Assembly (NCBI GenBank): GCA_037133175.1
Contig: JBAXOQ010000001.1
Span: 1 to 48,513 of the forward strand
Direction: 5' to 3'
DNA: 48,513 bases
Source: Actinomycetes bacterium
GTDB taxonomy: Bacteria > Actinomycetota > Actinomycetes > S36-B12 > UBA10799
In this document: piece after piece, positions 36,005-46,199 of the stretch
How the letters are laid out: each line of letters starts with the position of its first letter
How positions within the stretch are numbered: position 1 is the first letter of the stretch
Program-made: the position numbers and the translations under genes
Notes under the pieces: model-generated
Database searches by the model: none
The model's input: the letters and a program-made list of their open reading frames with translations, nothing else
Told to the model about the DNA's origin: nothing

Positions 36005-36568
36005 ATGCGCATGGTCATCATGGGTCCCCCCGGAGCTGGAAAAGGCACTCAGGCGAAATTTGTCTGCGAGAACCTATCCATCCCACACATCTCGACAGGC
36101 GAGATTTTTCGGGCCAATGTGAAGGCCGGGACGCCGCTTGGAGTCGAGGCCAGTCAGTACATGGACAAGGGTGAGTATGTGCCCGACTCCGTCACAAACG
36201 CGTTGGTCGCCGACCGCCTTGCCGAGCCTGACGCCGCCGTCGGGTTCTTGCTGGACGGGTATCCGCGGACGTTGGACCAGGTTGGTGAGCTTGACCGAAC
36301 TCTGTCCGCTCTGGGGATGTCGCTCGATTGCGCCGTCGAGATCACCGCGGACACCGAGGCGATCATCGCCAGGTTACTGAACCGGGCGAAGCTCGAGGGC
36401 CGCAAAGACGACACTGAAGAGGTCATTCGCCGACGCATGGAGGTCTACGCGGAGGAGACGGAACCGCTAGTGGCCGTCTATGCCGAAAAAGGCATCCTGA
36501 TTCAGGTCGACGGTATGGGCACTGTCGAAGAGGTCACCGCTCGCATTCTGGCCGCCCTCAACCCCTGA
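36005..36568 (+). CDS. adk: Adenylate kinase
   Basis: ATG 36005 gives MRMVIMGPPGAGKGTQ (P-loop). 187 aa. The ORF-track start at 35894 adds 37 non-conserved residues. Confidence 0.92.
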   Translation: MRMVIMGPPGAGKGTQAKFVCENLSIPHISTGEIFRANVKAGTPLGVEASQYMDKGEYVPDSVTNALVADRLAEPDAAVGFLLDGYPRTLDQVGELDRTLSALGMSLDCAVEITADTEAIIARLLNRAKLEGRKDDTEEVIRRRMEVYAEETEPLVAVYAEKGILIQVDGMGTVEEVTARILAALNP

Positions 36569-36621
36569 CACCGCCTCCACCCCCGACTCCCTGCAGCACC
36601 GCCTGCGCCGGATCATTTCTA

Positions 36622-36683
36622 GTTGACTGTGGAGTTGTGACCCAATTCGATCATCAAAACCGGGCCACAACTTCGCAGTCAAC
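36622..36683 (+). repeat. Palindromic intergenic element, family 1, copy B (after adk)
   Basis: 18-nt arms: GTTGACTGTGGAGTTGTG (36622-36639) and CACAACTTCGCAGTCAAC (36666-36683). The two non-Watson-Crick positions are G-U pairs only in + strand RNA. The right half is identical to copy C. Confidence 0.85.
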
Positions 36684-36728
36684 GAGCAGAGGGCCAAGCG
36701 GAGGTCGGGCAGCAGTTAGGGTGGCGGG

Positions 36729-37535
36729 GTGTTGCGGAGGAATCGGTTCGAGATCAAGACGGCCGAGCAGATTGAGACGATGCGCGCGGCCGGGCTAGTG
36801 GTGGCACACGCCCTGGCCGCCGTCTCGGATGCCGTGCGCGAAGGCGTCACCACACTGGAGCTGGATGCGATCGCGGAAGCGGTCATCCGGGACGCCGGCG
36901 CGACGCCGTCTTTCCTGGGTTACCACGGATTCCCGGCGTCGATCTGCGTGTCAGTCAATGACGAGGTCATCCATGGCATCCCAGGTTCACGGGTTTTGGC
37001 CGACGGTGACCTGGTGTCGATCGACTGCGGTGCCATCGTCCAGGGGTGGCACGGAGACGCGGCGGTGACGGTGGGGGTTGGCGAGTTGGCGGAGCCGATG
37101 GCCGAACTCTCGCGGGTGACCCAGGCAGCGTTGTGGGCCGGTCTTGCTGCCGCCCGGCCCGGGGCGCGACTGGGCGACATTGGAGCCAGCGTCGAGCGGG
37201 AGGTCCGTCGCGGCGGCGCCCACTACGGCATCGTCACCGAGTACGTCGGCCACGGGATCGGTCGCCGCATGCACATGGCCCCGAATGTGCCCAACGTGGG
37301 AACCCCGGGCAAGGGCCCGGAACTGGTCGTGGGGATGGCCCTGGCGATTGAGCCGATGATCACTCTCGGATCTGCAAATGTCGGCGTGCTCGACGACGAC
37401 TGGACGGTTGTCACCCAGGATGGGTCAGGCTCGGCTCACTGGGAGCACACGGTGGCGATCACGGCAGAAGGACCCTGGGTGCTGACGACTCTATCCGCGC
37501 CCCCCGGAGTGCCGTCGGATGCTGTCGTAACGTAG
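36729..37535 (+). CDS. map: Type I methionine aminopeptidase
   Basis: 268 aa. Metal-ligand context DCGAIVQGWHGD, GHGIG, LAIEPM, AHWEHTV. Confidence 0.92.
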   Translation: MLRRNRFEIKTAEQIETMRAAGLVVAHALAAVSDAVREGVTTLELDAIAEAVIRDAGATPSFLGYHGFPASICVSVNDEVIHGIPGSRVLADGDLVSIDCGAIVQGWHGDAAVTVGVGELAEPMAELSRVTQAALWAGLAAARPGARLGDIGASVEREVRRGGAHYGIVTEYVGHGIGRRMHMAPNVPNVGTPGKGPELVVGMALAIEPMITLGSANVGVLDDDWTVVTQDGSGSAHWEHTVAITAEGPWVLTTLSAPPGVPSDAVVT

Positions 37536-37679
37536 ACTCGACGATCGGTTCGTGGTCGGTCCATTGACGAAGTGCCAAGTCGGTGTCTCTTGAGGTGCCG
37601 TTTTGTCGGTCTGTCGTGGATCGTCGCAGCGATCGGTTCCCGAAAACGCAAAAACCCACCAAGGAGAGCTAGTACCCGA

Positions 37680-37901
37680 ATGGCGAAAAAAGAAGGTGCC
37701 ATCGAGCTTGAAGGCACCGTCGTTGAGTCCCTGCCGAACGCGATGTTCCGCGTTGAGTTGGACAACGGACACAAGGTGCTTGCTCACATTTCGGGCAAGA
37801 TGCGGATGCACTACATCAGGATCCTGCCCGACGACCGCGTTGTCGTGGAGCTGTCGCCGTACGACTTGACCCGTGGTCGGATCGTCTACCGGTACAAGTA
37901 A
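37680..37901 (+). CDS. infA: Translation initiation factor IF-1
   Basis: ATG 37680, 73 aa, [31 protein letters not shown]... Confidence 0.95.
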   Translation: MAKKEGAIELEGTVVESLPNAMFRVELDNGHKVLAHISGKMRMHYIRILPDDRVVVELSPYDLTRGRIVYRYK

Positions 37902-37971
37902 GCCAGAGCAGTCGAACGGCGGTATCAGTGCGGGCCGCACCCATGTCAGCGAAGCAGAACAAAGGAAGACG

Positions 37972-38085
37972 ATGAAAGTCAATCCGAGCGTCAAACCGAT
38001 CTGTGACAAGTGCAAGGTGATTCGTCGCCACGGCCGAGTCATGGTGATCTGCGAGAACCCGCGCCACAAGCAGCGGCAGGGATAA
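37972..38085 (+). CDS. rpmJ: 50S ribosomal protein L36 (Cys-containing form)
   Basis: ATG 37972, 37 aa, [37 protein letters not shown]. Confidence 0.93.
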   Translation: MKVNPSVKPICDKCKVIRRHGRVMVICENPRHKQRQG

Positions 38086-38288
38086 CAACCAGTTCAACAG
38101 CTGTACCCCGGTGCCTTGCGGCGTCGGGCAGATAACTCCATATGCATCGTCCGACCCCAGCGGTCCCGCCAAAGACCTCTGGACGCCACCCCCGGCGCGA
38201 GGGCTGGGGACCCACCTTCAGGAGGGATGGGACCGATGATGCAGCGCACACCCTCGCCCACACCGCAGAGAGTAGGAAGCACCTCCAC

Positions 38289-38666
38289 ATGGCACGTTTA
38301 GTTGGCGTTGATCTACCGAACGACAAACGGCTCGAGATCGCGCTCACCGCAATTTATGGCGTCGGCCGCAGCCGCGCCCGTCAGGCGCTGGCGGCCACAG
38401 GCGTTGATCCCAATATCCGCGTGAAGGACCTGCCGGAGCCGGACCTGATCAAACTCCGCGACTACATCGAAGCGAACTACCAGACCGAAGGTGACTTGCG
38501 TCGCGAGGTCCAAGGCGACATTCGTCGCAAGGTTGAGATCGGTTCGTACCAGGGAATCCGCCACCGTCGTGGACTCCCCGTCCGCGGGCAGCGCACGCAC
38601 ACAAACGCTCGCACCCGCAAAGGCCCACGAAAGACCGTCGCCGGCAAGAAGAAAGTCGGCAAGTAG
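38289..38666 (+). CDS. rpsM: 30S ribosomal protein S13
   Basis: ATG 38289, 125 aa, [26 protein letters not shown]... Confidence 0.95.
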   Translation: MARLVGVDLPNDKRLEIALTAIYGVGRSRARQALAATGVDPNIRVKDLPEPDLIKLRDYIEANYQTEGDLRREVQGDIRRKVEIGSYQGIRHRRGLPVRGQRTHTNARTRKGPRKTVAGKKKVGK

Positions 38667-38798
38667 TAGTCCGCCGGACCACACCGCGCTGGCACAACGA
38701 GATGTTCGGTTCGCTGCCGAAACCGCTCGTAAGACCAGCCGAGGTGGACCGGGTCAATGGTCCGATCATCTCTTTCACACATCAGGAGAAAGTGGCGA

Positions 38799-39194
38799 AT
38801 GCCTCCAGCAAAAGGCGTCAAGAAGGTCCGACGCAAAGAAAAGAAGAATGTGGCGCACGGTCATGCCCACATCAAGAGCACCTTCAACAACACCATCGTG
38901 TCCATCACGGATCCGGCCGGCGCGGTGATCGCTTGGTCCTCGTCGGGCCAGGTCGGCTTCAAAGGCTCCCGCAAGTCCACTCCGTTCGCCGCTCAGATGG
39001 CTGCCGAGGCGGCCGCTCGCAAGGCGATGGAGCACGGCATGCGGAAGGTCGATGTGTTCGTCAAGGGACCCGGTTCGGGTCGCGAGACGGCAATCCGCTC
39101 GCTGCAGGCCACCGGCCTAGAGGTCGGTGCGATCGCCGACGTTACCCCCGTGCCGCACAACGGGTGCCGGCCGTCCAAACGACGTCGAGTCTGA
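38799..39194 (+). CDS. rpsK: 30S ribosomal protein S11
   Basis: ATG 38799 after AGGAGA. ...[18 protein letters not shown]... Confidence 0.94.
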   Translation: MPPAKGVKKVRRKEKKNVAHGHAHIKSTFNNTIVSITDPAGAVIAWSSSGQVGFKGSRKSTPFAAQMAAEAAARKAMEHGMRKVDVFVKGPGSGRETAIRSLQATGLEVGAIADVTPVPHNGCRPSKRRRV

Positions 39195-39214
39195 GCCGAA
39201 GGAGATAGCAGACA

Positions 39215-39841
39215 ATGGCACGCTACACCGGCCCCGACTGCAAGAGATGCCGTCGAGAGAAGACCAAGCTGTTCCTCAAAGGATCGAAGTGCGCATCGGA
39301 CAAGTGTCCGCTTGAGAAGCGCCCTTACCCACCTGGTGAGCATGGGCGTGCTCGCACCAAGGAGGGCGAGTACCTGCTGCAGATGCGCGAGAAGCAGAAG
39401 TGCGCTCGCATCTACGGTGTGCTCGAGAAGCAGTTCCGCAACTACTACGACGAGGCGAATCGCCATCAGGGCAAGACCGGCGAGAACCTGCTGACCATTC
39501 TGGAGACCCGACTGGACAACGTCGTGTTCCGCGCCGGCTTCGCCAAGAGCCGCGATATGGCGCGCCAACTTGTGCGGCACGGTCACATCCTGGTCAATGG
39601 CGCCAAGGTGGACATCCCGTCTTATCGGGTGACTCCGAACGACATCGTCGAGGTGCGAGCCAAGTCCCGTGAGTTGACCCCGTTCGTGGTTGCCCACGCG
39701 GAGGCGGAGGATCGTCGCACGCCGGCTTGGCTTGAGGTGATCCCGAACCGGATGCGCGTGCTGGTCCACCAGCTGCCGACCAGGGAACAGATCGACACCC
39801 TCGTGCAAGAACAGCTGATCGTCGAGCTCTACTCCAAGTAA
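39215..39841 (+). CDS. rpsD: 30S ribosomal protein S4
   Basis: 208 aa, MARYTGPDCKRCRREK... Confidence 0.95.
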   Translation: MARYTGPDCKRCRREKTKLFLKGSKCASDKCPLEKRPYPPGEHGRARTKEGEYLLQMREKQKCARIYGVLEKQFRNYYDEANRHQGKTGENLLTILETRLDNVVFRAGFAKSRDMARQLVRHGHILVNGAKVDIPSYRVTPNDIVEVRAKSRELTPFVVAHAEAEDRRTPAWLEVIPNRMRVLVHQLPTREQIDTLVQEQLIVELYSK

Positions 39842-39847
39842 CTCCAT

Positions 39848-39871
39848 GTGCCGCGGTTCAGGTGCCGCGGT
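39848..39871 (+). repeat. 10-nt unit GTGCCGCGGT repeated at 14-nt period
   Basis: Copies at 39848-39857 and 39862-39871, in the rpsD-rpoA spacer. Confidence 0.55.
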
Positions 39872-39955
39872 GCAGCGCTAGGTTCCGTCGCCGGAACATC
39901 GACACAGACCGCAGTACAAGGCGTCAGATGAAGGTCGCCGCGGAGAGGAAATGCC

Positions 39956-40969
39956 GTGCTAATTGCCCAACGTCCGAGTTTGATTGAAGAGTCCCTCAGC
40001 GAGTACCGGTCCAAGTTCATCCTGGAGCCTTTGGAGCCTGGTTTCGGCTACACGCTGGGTAACTCCCTTCGCCGCACGTTGCTATCCTCGATTCCGGGCG
40101 CTGCCGTTACCAGTGTTCGGGTCGATGGCGTCCAGCATGAGTTTTCGACCATTCCCGGCGTGACCGAGGATGTCGTTGAGATCATTCTGAACATCAAGGA
40201 ACTCGTTGTGTCCTCCGAACATGACGAGCCGGTGGTCATGTACCTGCGCAAAGAAGGCCCGGGCGAGGTTACTGCCGCTGACATCTCGCCACCGGCAGGG
40301 GTCGAGGTTCACAACCCGGAGCTGCATATTGCCACTGTCAATAGCAAGGGCAAGCTTGAGATTGAGCTCGTTGTCGAGCGGGGGCGCGGCTACGTGTCCG
40401 CTGCCCAGAACAACCAAGTCGCGCAGGAGATTGGCCGTATCCCGGTTGATTCCATCTACTCGCCGGTACTGAAAGTCACCTACAAAGTTGAGGCGACCCG
40501 CGTCGAACAGCGCACGGACTTCGACCGACTGGTCATCGACGTTGAGACGAAGAACTCGATGCGGCCCCGCGACGCGGTGGCCTCGGCGGGAAAGACGCTG
40601 GTCGAGTTGTTCGGTTTGGCTCGTGAGCTCAACGTCGAAGCCGAAGGGATCGACATTGGTCCTTCACCTGCCGACACTTTCATGGCCGAGCAGATGTCGA
40701 TGCCGATCGAACAACTGGACTTGACCGTCCGGTCGTACAACTGCCTCAAGCGTGAAGGCGTTCACACGGTTGGCGAATTGCTCGGCCGCAGTGAGGTCGA
40801 TCTGATGGACATCCGCAACTTCGGACAGAAGTCCATCGATGAGGTCAAGGCCAAGCTGGCATCTCTGGGGATGTCATTGAAGGACAGCCCGCCTGGGTTC
40901 GATCCGGCAGCCGCAGTCGCCTTCTACGACGAGGGCGATGCGGGCTACGCCGAGGACGAACGCTTCTAA
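39956..40969 (+). CDS. rpoA: DNA-directed RNA polymerase subunit alpha
   Basis: 337 aa, GTG start, [12 protein letters not shown]... C-terminal domain ...[23 protein letters not shown]... Confidence 0.95.
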   Translation: MLIAQRPSLIEESLSEYRSKFILEPLEPGFGYTLGNSLRRTLLSSIPGAAVTSVRVDGVQHEFSTIPGVTEDVVEIILNIKELVVSSEHDEPVVMYLRKEGPGEVTAADISPPAGVEVHNPELHIATVNSKGKLEIELVVERGRGYVSAAQNNQVAQEIGRIPVDSIYSPVLKVTYKVEATRVEQRTDFDRLVIDVETKNSMRPRDAVASAGKTLVELFGLARELNVEAEGIDIGPSPADTFMAEQMSMPIEQLDLTVRSYNCLKREGVHTVGELLGRSEVDLMDIRNFGQKSIDEVKAKLASLGMSLKDSPPGFDPAAAVAFYDEGDAGYAEDERF

Positions 40970-41032
40970 CCACAGACCGAATTGATTCCGCGGTCTCTGG
41001 TGAGGCCGATGAAGTGAGCCCAAGGAGAAGAC

Positions 41033-41608
41033 ATGCCAACGCCCACGAAGGGTCCACGGCTCGGGGGAAGTCCCGCGCACGAGCGACTCATGCTGGCGAA
41101 CCTGGTCACATCGCTGTTCGAGCACGGTGCGATCACCACCACACAGGCCAAGGCGAAGCGGATGCAACCGCTGGCGGAACGGATGGTTACGTTTGCCAAG
41201 CGGGGTGACCTGCACTCGCGGCGCCGGGTGATGACCGTGGTCAGGGACAAGACGGTCGTGCACGAGTTGTTCACCGAGATCGGTCCCCGTTACGACACCC
41301 GCAAGGGCGGCTACACCCGCATCACCAAGTTGGGGCCTCGCAAGGGCGACAGTGCGCCGATGGCGCGCATCGAGCTTGTCGAGCCACTGTCAGAGCGAGC
41401 TGTCGCCGAGGCGGAGGCCGCCGCCAAGCGCGCAGCCAAGGAGCGCGAGACCAAGTTGGCCGCGGAGCAGGCGGCTGCTGCTGCGGCCGCAGCAGCCAGC
41501 GCTGAGCCCGAAGTGACTGATGACCTGGTCGACGAGGCGGACGACGTCACCTCCGACAGTCTCGTGGATGCCGCAGACGATGCCAGTGGTGCCGAGGCCA
41601 GCAAGTAG
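41033..41608 (+). CDS. rplQ: 50S ribosomal protein L17 with an Ala/Glu-rich C-terminal tail
   Basis: 191 aa, [24 protein letters not shown]... AAGGAGA SD upstream. Confidence 0.94.
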   Translation: MPTPTKGPRLGGSPAHERLMLANLVTSLFEHGAITTTQAKAKRMQPLAERMVTFAKRGDLHSRRRVMTVVRDKTVVHELFTEIGPRYDTRKGGYTRITKLGPRKGDSAPMARIELVEPLSERAVAEAEAAAKRAAKERETKLAAEQAAAAAAAAASAEPEVTDDLVDEADDVTSDSLVDAADDASGAEASK

Positions 41609-41634
41609 TTGGGTTCGTCGCACGATCAACTGTT

Positions 41635-41675
41635 GAACAGGCCCGCCAGCCCTGACCAGGGTGGCGGGCCTGTTC
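41635..41675 (+). terminator. 14-bp perfect hairpin between rplQ and truA (terminator/attenuator candidate, no T-tract)
   Basis: GAACAGGCCCGCCA (41635-41648) and TGGCGGGCCTGTTC (41662-41675), 13-nt loop. Confidence 0.5.
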
Positions 41676-41677
41676 GC

Positions 41678-42472
41678 GTGCGCATTGATGTGGCCTACGA
41701 CGGGACCGATTTCTCCGGGTGGGCCACGCAGCCAGATCAGCGCACCGTTCAGGCCACTATCGAGGCGGCCCTGACGAAGGTACTGAATTTGGACGCGCTG
41801 GCACGGCTGACGTGGGCCGGACGGACCGATGCCGGTGTGCACGCGCGGGGTCAGGTGACTCATGTCGATCTGCCGCCAGGGGTGATCACCGATGGTCTTG
41901 ACGCGCGATTGCGGGCGGTCCTTCCCTCAGATGTCACTGTCGTGGCGTTGTCGGTGGCGCCGCCGGGTTTCGACGCCCGTTTCAGCGCGCTGTCGCGCAG
42001 ATACACGTACACCGTGTGCGACAAGCCCAGGATCCTGGATCCGCTGCGCCGACGTGACGTCCTGGCCGTCGGTAAGCCGCTGAACCTTGATGCCATGAAC
42101 GCTGCCGGTGCAGCCCTGATAGGGCAACACGACTTCGCCGCGTTCTGCCGGCGCAGGCCGGGCGCCACCACGATTCGCCGGATACTGGATTTGGACTGGC
42201 AGCGAACCGAGGAACCGCCCGGGTATGCCGTCCTCACCATCAGGGCCGATGCGTTTTGCCATTCGATGGTTCGTTCACTCGTTGGGGCGATGCTTGCGGT
42301 GGGAGACGGCCGACAGACGTCCTGTTGGCTTGTCGAGTATCTGGATGCGGCGCGGCGTGCCACCGACGTTCAGGTCGCCCCGCCCTGGGGTTTGGTGCTC
42401 GAGCATGTGCAGTACCCGGCAGATGAAGACCTTGCGGCACGCGCAGTCGTCACGCGTGCTCGCCGGGGGTAG
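41678..42472 (+). CDS. truA: tRNA pseudouridine(38-40) synthase
   Basis: GTG 41678 gives (M)RIDVAYDGTDFSGWATQP, the usual TruA N-terminus, right after the hairpin. Catalytic GRTDAGVHA. TTG 41609 is the longest alternative. Confidence 0.85.
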   Translation: MRIDVAYDGTDFSGWATQPDQRTVQATIEAALTKVLNLDALARLTWAGRTDAGVHARGQVTHVDLPPGVITDGLDARLRAVLPSDVTVVALSVAPPGFDARFSALSRRYTYTVCDKPRILDPLRRRDVLAVGKPLNLDAMNAAGAALIGQHDFAAFCRRRPGATTIRRILDLDWQRTEEPPGYAVLTIRADAFCHSMVRSLVGAMLAVGDGRQTSCWLVEYLDAARRATDVQVAPPWGLVLEHVQYPADEDLAARAVVTRARRG

Positions 42473-42485
42473 GGGTGGCAGACGG

Positions 42486-43400
42486 TTATTCCAGCGGCTG
42501 TACCGGCAGTCGCGCCCGGTTGGTCAGGGTGACGATGGCGGAGGCGGCAATCACCATGACGATCGCAGCCATCGACCGCACGGACAGGTCCTGGCCGACG
42601 ATGAGGAACCCTGCCAGCGCCGCGACGGCGGGTTCGATGCTCATCAGCACGCCGAAGACGCGGGTGGGGATTCGGCGAAGCGCTGCCAATTCGAACGTGT
42701 ACGGGATCAGCGATGACAGAACGGCGATGACAAGACAGATCGCTAGGACGCCCGGGTCAGCGAGTACTTGACCCAGGCCCGATACGCCGAACGGGACGGC
42801 GATGATTGCCCCCACAAACATCGCCGCTGCCAGGCCTTGGATTCCCTTGCTGTTCTCGCCGACCTTGGAACTGGCCATGATGTAGGCGCCCCAGAACATG
42901 CCGGCCAGGAATGCCAGCGCCAGTCCCAGCGGGGCAGGTGCATTCGGGGAATTCGACGGCCAACCGAGCAGGATCACCCCGAGTCCAGCGCATCCGATGG
43001 CCAGCAGGTCGATGGCACGGCGAGCTTGCAGGACGGATACCAGCAGTGGCCCGAGGAACTCGATGGTGACGGCGATCCCGAGCGGGACTGTTTCGATGGC
43101 CACGTAGAAGCACAGGTTCATGCCGACGAGCGTCACTCCAAGGGCACCCACCGAGCGCAGCGTCAACCGGTCCCACGTCCAGGGTGCTGGCCGAGCGATC
43201 AGCAGCAGGATGACTGCTGCTAAACCGATTCGCAGCAGTACGACAACGGCAGGGGAAGCGCGGTCAAAGATGGTGGCCGCCAGCGCGCCACCAACCTGTA
43301 CCGAGACAATCGACAGCACCACCAACGCGCTGGCCGGAACCCGTGCCAGCACGTCAGGGCGGGACCCGTGCCCGTTTGAGGCAAGTTCCGGCTCAGGCAC
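42486..43400 (-). CDS. EamA/DMT-family transporter (RhtA-like exporter)
   Basis: 304 aa, about 10 hydrophobic segments in two halves. GTG 43400 preceded by AGGAGG (complement of 43407-43412). Convergent with truA across a 13-nt gap. Confidence 0.8.
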   Translation of the reverse strand: MPEPELASNGHGSRPDVLARVPASALVVLSIVSVQVGGALAATIFDRASPAVVVLLRIGLAAVILLLIARPAPWTWDRLTLRSVGALGVTLVGMNLCFYVAIETVPLGIAVTIEFLGPLLVSVLQARRAIDLLAIGCAGLGVILLGWPSNSPNAPAPLGLALAFLAGMFWGAYIMASSKVGENSKGIQGLAAAMFVGAIIAVPFGVSGLGQVLADPGVLAICLVIAVLSSLIPYTFELAALRRIPTRVFGVLMSIEPAVAALAGFLIVGQDLSVRSMAAIVMVIAASAIVTLTNRARLPVQPLE

Positions 43401-43517
43401 CGTCTACCTCCTGTCGGCGGGCTCCGCGCCGCTGAGTCCTCGATCGCCCAGGCGGGCAGCAGCATCCTGTCAGAGCGTTGGCGGGAGCAAGGCGATGGCG
43501 TCCGCACCCGACCTGCT

Positions 43518-43547
43518 TTGACCGAGTCGGGCGGTTACCGGTACTCT
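43518..43547 (+). promoter_or_regulatory. Candidate promoter for rplM-rpsI
   Basis: TTGACC (43518-43523), 18-nt spacer, TACTCT (43542-43547). About 85-nt leader. Confidence 0.4.
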
Positions 43548-43634
43548 AGGAGTTCGTGTGTTGCGCGGATCGTCGTCGCGCTTGCTACACACTGTCCATG
43601 CATCGTCAATGAACGAGTGAACGAAGGTTGTTCT

Positions 43635-44108
43635 GTGCGTACGTACAGTCCCAAGGTAGGCGAGATCGAGCGCAAGTGGCACGTCATCGATGCCACTGAT
43701 ATCGTCCTCGGCCGGCTCGCCTCTCAATCCGCGATTCTGCTGCGCGGCAAGCACAAGCCGACATTTGCCCCGCATGTCGATGGCGGCGATTTCGTCATCA
43801 TCATCAATGCGGACAAAGTTGTGCTGACCGGTGACAAGCTGAAGAAGAAGATGGCCTATCACCACTCCGGCTACCCGGGTGGTTTGAAGGCCACGCCATA
43901 CGAGGTGCTGATGGTGAAGGATCCGGCCAAGGCTGTCACGAAGGCAGTGGTCGGGATGCTTCCTCACAACAAGCTGGGGGCTCAGCTCGCCACCAAACTC
44001 AAGGTGTATGCGGGGCCGACCCATCCCCACTCCGCCCAAATGCCAACTCCATTTGTCCTGTCCCAAGTCGCGCAGCCCGCTGCTGCCCGCGCCAAGACCA
44101 GCTCGTAG
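43635..44108 (+). CDS. rplM: 50S ribosomal protein L13
   Basis: GTG 43635, (M)[29 protein letters not shown]... Confidence 0.94.
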   Translation: MRTYSPKVGEIERKWHVIDATDIVLGRLASQSAILLRGKHKPTFAPHVDGGDFVIIINADKVVLTGDKLKKKMAYHHSGYPGGLKATPYEVLMVKDPAKAVTKAVVGMLPHNKLGAQLATKLKVYAGPTHPHSAQMPTPFVLSQVAQPAAARAKTSS

Positions 44109-44159
44109 TCGGCCGTCCGGTGCCTGACAACAGAAGAACTCTGAAAGGACTCGCTGACT

Positions 44160-44639
44160 GTGACTGACGTCGACGTCGAAAGCGAACTGAGCTCGTACAC
44201 CTCTGAATCGGCGCCAAGTAAGGCGGCTCGGGCGGAGCGCCCGCCGCGTACCGTGCCAGGGCGCGCCACCGGTCGCCGGAAACAGGCGATCGCCCGAGTC
44301 CGGATCTTTCCGGGCACCGGCCAGTGGACTATCAATGGCCGCACGTTGGAGGACTACTTTCCCAACAAGGTTCACCAGCAGGTGGTGAACGAGCCGTTCA
44401 AGGCTGTTGATGCCGAGGGCGAGTACGACGTGATTGCCACGCTGAACGGCGGCGGCATCACCGGGCAAGCCGGGGCATTGCGCCTTGGGATTGCGCGCTC
44501 GCTGAATGCCATTGACGAGGAGGCGAACCGTCCGTCGCTGAAGAAGGCCGGTTATCTGACTCGCGATCCGCGGGCGAAGGAACGCAAGAAGTACGGCCTG
44601 AAGAAGGCTCGCAAAGCGCCGCAGTACAGCAAGCGCTGA
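44160..44639 (+). CDS. rpsI: 30S ribosomal protein S9
   Basis: 159 aa. C-terminal ...[27 protein letters not shown]. Confidence 0.94.
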   Translation: MTDVDVESELSSYTSESAPSKAARAERPPRTVPGRATGRRKQAIARVRIFPGTGQWTINGRTLEDYFPNKVHQQVVNEPFKAVDAEGEYDVIATLNGGGITGQAGALRLGIARSLNAIDEEANRPSLKKAGYLTRDPRAKERKKYGLKKARKAPQYSKR

Positions 44640-44673
44640 TCCCTCCACTCGGTTTGCGCCTGCCCCAATTACG

Positions 44674-44744
44674 CGCTTAGCACCCGAAAAGCCGCGAAAA
44701 CAGTCATTCGAGACGGTTTTTCGCGGCTTTTCGGGTGCTAAGCG
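44674..44744. repeat. Palindromic intergenic element, family 2, copy 2 (after rpsI)
   Basis: 27-nt arms: CGCTTAGCACCCGAAAAGCCGCGAAAA (44674-44700) and its reverse complement (44718-44744). 17-nt loop. Same 20-nt arm core as 9230-9300. Confidence 0.85.
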
Positions 44745-44807
44745 GATAACTAAGGCGAACACTGAGCGGACAACCAAGGCGAATACCGATCAGATTGGAT
44801 TGCTGTT

Positions 44808-46160
44808 GTGGGTAAGCTTTTTGGCACCGATGGAGTCCGTGGCGTCGCCAATCGCGACCTGACTGCGCCGTTGGCGCTTGAGTTGGCGAGTGCGGCCGCC
44901 AGAGTTTTCGGCGACAGTTCCGAGGCTGCTGGCGAACGGCGGTTGGCGGCCGTCGTGGGGCGCGATCCGCGGGCCAGCGGCGAGTTCTTAGAAGCTGCGG
45001 TATGCGCCGGACTCGCGAGTGCCGGGGTCTACGTGATTCGGGTGGGGGTGTTGCCGACCCCGGCCGTGGCCTTTCTCACCGCCGAGTTGGAGGTGGACGC
45101 CGGTGTCATGCTGTCGGCGTCTCACAACCCGATGCCGGACAACGGCATCAAGTTCTTCTCAGCCGGTGGACACAAGCTTCCCGATGACGTCGAAGCCGCC
45201 ATCGAGCGGGCGTTGGACGACGAATGGGAACCGCCGATCGGGGCGAAAGTCGGTCGAATCACCGACCTTGAGGGCGCCGTCGATCTATACGTGCAGCACC
45301 TGATGCACTGCTTGCCGAACCATCTGAACGGCATCAAGATCGTTGTCGATTGTGCGAACGGCGCGGCGTCCAAAGCCGGACCGCTGGCGTACCGGCGGGC
45401 CGGCGCGGAAGTCATCGAACTACATGCACACCCCAACGGGCTGAACATCAACGACAAATGCGGTTCGACTCACATGGAGGACCTGGTCGCGGCGGTCGTC
45501 AGCCAGGGAGCAGACCTTGGCCTGGCCCACGACGGAGACGCGGACCGCTGTCTTGCCGTGGACGCCGACGGGAATCTGATCGACGGCGATCTGATCATCG
45601 CGATCATCGCCATGGCTATGAAGGAAGCCGGCACGCTGCGGTCGAACACGGTTGTGGGGACCGTCATGGCGAATCTTGGGTTCAAGATCGCCATGCGCGA
45701 GGCGGGCATCGATGTTATCGAAACCGCCGTTGGGGATCGGTACGTGTTGGAAGCGATGCGAGAGGGCAACTACGCCCTTGGTGGTGAGCAGAGTGGGCAT
45801 GTCGTGCTGACCGATTTCGCGACCACCGGTGACGGCGTGCTGACCGGGTTGCTGTTGGCCGCTGAGGTCGCGCGGTCCGGCCGGACTTTGGCGGACCTAG
45901 CTGCAGTGGTGCATAAGCTGCCGCAGGTGCTGATCAATGTTGGCGGCGTTGATCGGGCGGGCGTGAGGACGAACGCGCAGTTGCAGGCCGCGGTGCAGGC
46001 GGCGAGTGCTCGTTTGGGCGATACCGGTCGGGTGTTGCTGCGGCCATCCGGGACCGAGCCGTTGGTGCGAGTCATGGTCGAGGCTCCCACTGAAGTAGAG
46101 GCTCAGGAAGTCGCCGAGGGCCTAGCAGAGGCCGTTCGCGCCACCCTGACGATGGCCTGA
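44808..46160 (+). CDS. glmM: Phosphoglucosamine mutase
   Basis: 450 aa, [15 protein letters not shown]. Active-site SASHNP. Confidence 0.94.
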   Translation: MGKLFGTDGVRGVANRDLTAPLALELASAAARVFGDSSEAAGERRLAAVVGRDPRASGEFLEAAVCAGLASAGVYVIRVGVLPTPAVAFLTAELEVDAGVMLSASHNPMPDNGIKFFSAGGHKLPDDVEAAIERALDDEWEPPIGAKVGRITDLEGAVDLYVQHLMHCLPNHLNGIKIVVDCANGAASKAGPLAYRRAGAEVIELHAHPNGLNINDKCGSTHMEDLVAAVVSQGADLGLAHDGDADRCLAVDADGNLIDGDLIIAIIAMAMKEAGTLRSNTVVGTVMANLGFKIAMREAGIDVIETAVGDRYVLEAMREGNYALGGEQSGHVVLTDFATTGDGVLTGLLLAAEVARSGRTLADLAAVVHKLPQVLINVGGVDRAGVRTNAQLQAAVQAASARLGDTGRVLLRPSGTEPLVRVMVEAPTEVEAQEVAEGLAEAVRATLTMA

Positions 46161-46199
46161 GCCGAGCACTCGCTGCGGCTTTCGCCTAGGCTGGCGTGC

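Noticed and set aside
46161-46199. A glmS ribozyme upstream of glmS.
   Set aside because: Only 39 nt separate glmM and glmS, which is too short for the ribozyme. That ribozyme is characteristic mainly of Firmicutes.
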